Assembly: GCA_964012805.1 (NCBI GenBank)
Contig: CAXGUD010000047.1
Span: 1 to 26,459 of the forward strand
DNA: 26,459 nucleotides
Direction of reading: 5' to 3'
Source of the DNA: an uncultured Bacteriovoracaceae bacterium
Lineage (GTDB): Bacteria > Bdellovibrionota > Bacteriovoracia > Bacteriovoracales > Bacteriovoracaceae
The notes under the pieces are model-generated. The model was not told the origin of the DNA, made no database searches, and saw only the letters and a program-made list of their open reading frames with translations. This document shows positions 25,472-26,459 of this stretch, in pieces (within the stretch, counting starts at the first letter, position 1; every line of letters begins with the position of its first letter). The translations under genes were made by a program, and so were the position numbers.

Positions 25472-26459
25472 ATGGATAAAATGGTCAAGAGAAGTTATTT
25501 TGTTGTCATTCTATCTATTCCTGCATGGATAGCAATATTCTTTTCTAATTTTCTCTTTTCAATTTTTTTTAAAGTGGATTTCCCTTTTGATCTATTGTAC
25601 TTAATTTATATTCCATTACTCATTATGGTTCTAAATGCCATCTTTATTAAATTTAAAGTGTTAGGAATTATTATTAGAGATGAGAAAAATATGTTTCGTT
25701 ATACTCGTTTACTATTTATAGCTCTAAACGGGTGTTGGGCAACCTATATTTGTGTTAATCAACCAGATATTTATAATGGATTCGCAATACTTTTCACTTT
25801 TTTACTTGGGCTTATTTTTTCAAATAGAATGCTGGATTTTAAAGGAACAGTATTTTCTTGTATCATTTTCTTTTTGATTTTTCTTTTTATGTTAAAAATA
25901 TCTGGTACAAGCTTTGGGAATGATGAAAAATTACTTTGTTACTTTTTTGGTTATTCAGCGATCATTTTTGGTATTGGAAATGGTTCTACTATCAAGCAAA
26001 TAAAAAAAGAAAGAGAATTAATTAAAATTCAGAAGAATTATGCAAAAGATCTTGAACTAGAAGTGGAGGAAAAAACGAATAATGTAAACACTCTTATTGA
26101 GAACTTGGATCAAGGTTTTATGGTTTTAAATAAAGAAGGACTTATTCAAAATGGAGCCACAAAAGCAACAATTAATTTATTTGGTGAGGATCCAGCAAAT
26201 AAAAAAATGGCGGATCTTTTGAAGTTAAATAGAAATGAAAATAAAAACTTTAAAACTTGGCTTTATCATGCTTTTAGTGGCAGGGTTCCATTTAAAGACT
26301 TAGTTGATTTGGCGCCTAAAAAGTTTAAAAACCTAGAGAATAAGTTTATTAATTTAGATTATAAGCCGGTTTATAGAAATGGAAATAAAAAAGAAATTAT
26401 CCAAATAATTTGTATAGCGACTGATATTACAGAAAAAATAAATTTTGAAAAAGAAGTTA
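25472..26459 (+). CDS. Membrane-bound PAS-domain sensor, probably a histidine kinase or CheA-like signalling protein; 3'-partial
   Basis: Not in the ORF track. Open from ATG 25472/25481 to the window end, with an in-frame TAA at 25466. About 6 hydrophobic segments are followed by a signalling helix (YAKDLELEVEEKT) and a PAS domain (NTLIENLDQGFMVLNKEGLI...IICIATDITEK). Confidence 0.8.
   Translation, partial: MDKMVKRSYFVVILSIPAWIAIFFSNFLFSIFFKVDFPFDLLYLIYIPLLIMVLNAIFIKFKVLGIIIRDEKNMFRYTRLLFIALNGCWATYICVNQPDIYNGFAILFTFLLGLIFSNRMLDFKGTVFSCIIFFLIFLFMLKISGTSFGNDEKLLCYFFGYSAIIFGIGNGSTIKQIKKERELIKIQKNYAKDLELEVEEKTNNVNTLIENLDQGFMVLNKEGLIQNGATKATINLFGEDPANKKMADLLKLNRNENKNFKTWLYHAFSGRVPFKDLVDLAPKKFKNLENKFINLDYKPVYRNGNKKEIIQIICIATDITEKINFEKEV

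Noticed and set aside
1..26459. CRISPR arrays, IS elements, prophage or defence genes, tRNA/rRNA
   Set aside because: No regularly spaced repeats, transposase/integrase motifs or structured-RNA signatures were seen by eye; the non-coding gaps are short and AT-rich.

Overview
AT-rich bacterial chromosomal window with no rRNA, tRNA, CRISPR or mobile element visible. The gene content (large Cys-rich lipoproteins, sigma28-like promoters on secreted genes, a TM-PAS sensor) suggests a predatory Bdellovibrionota/Bacteriovoracaceae-like organism; this is inference. Left half: a thermolysin-like (M4-type) metallopeptidase lipoprotein missed by the ORF track, tightly coupled to a ~1015-aa secreted coiled-coil protein. 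These are followed by an RDD-like membrane protein, uppP, and a 1667-aa disulfide-rich lipoprotein with a possible LecA-like lectin domain. Middle: a COG2509-type FAD oxidoreductase and a uridine-kinase-like protein whose base-binding residues are substituted. Next is a five-gene reductive pyrimidine catabolism operon: mmsA, nitrilase-type beta-ureidopropionase, AGXT2-like aminotransferase, NCS1 transporter and a PreA/PYD1-like dihydropyrimidine dehydrogenase. The most striking point is that this dehydrogenase has the plant PYD1 architecture with no Fe-S domain, and the operon has neither preT nor a dihydropyrimidinase gene. Right end: a rhodanese, a lipoprotein, a broken alpha/beta-hydrolase-like gene, an extended SDR reductase and the 5' part of a membrane PAS sensor.
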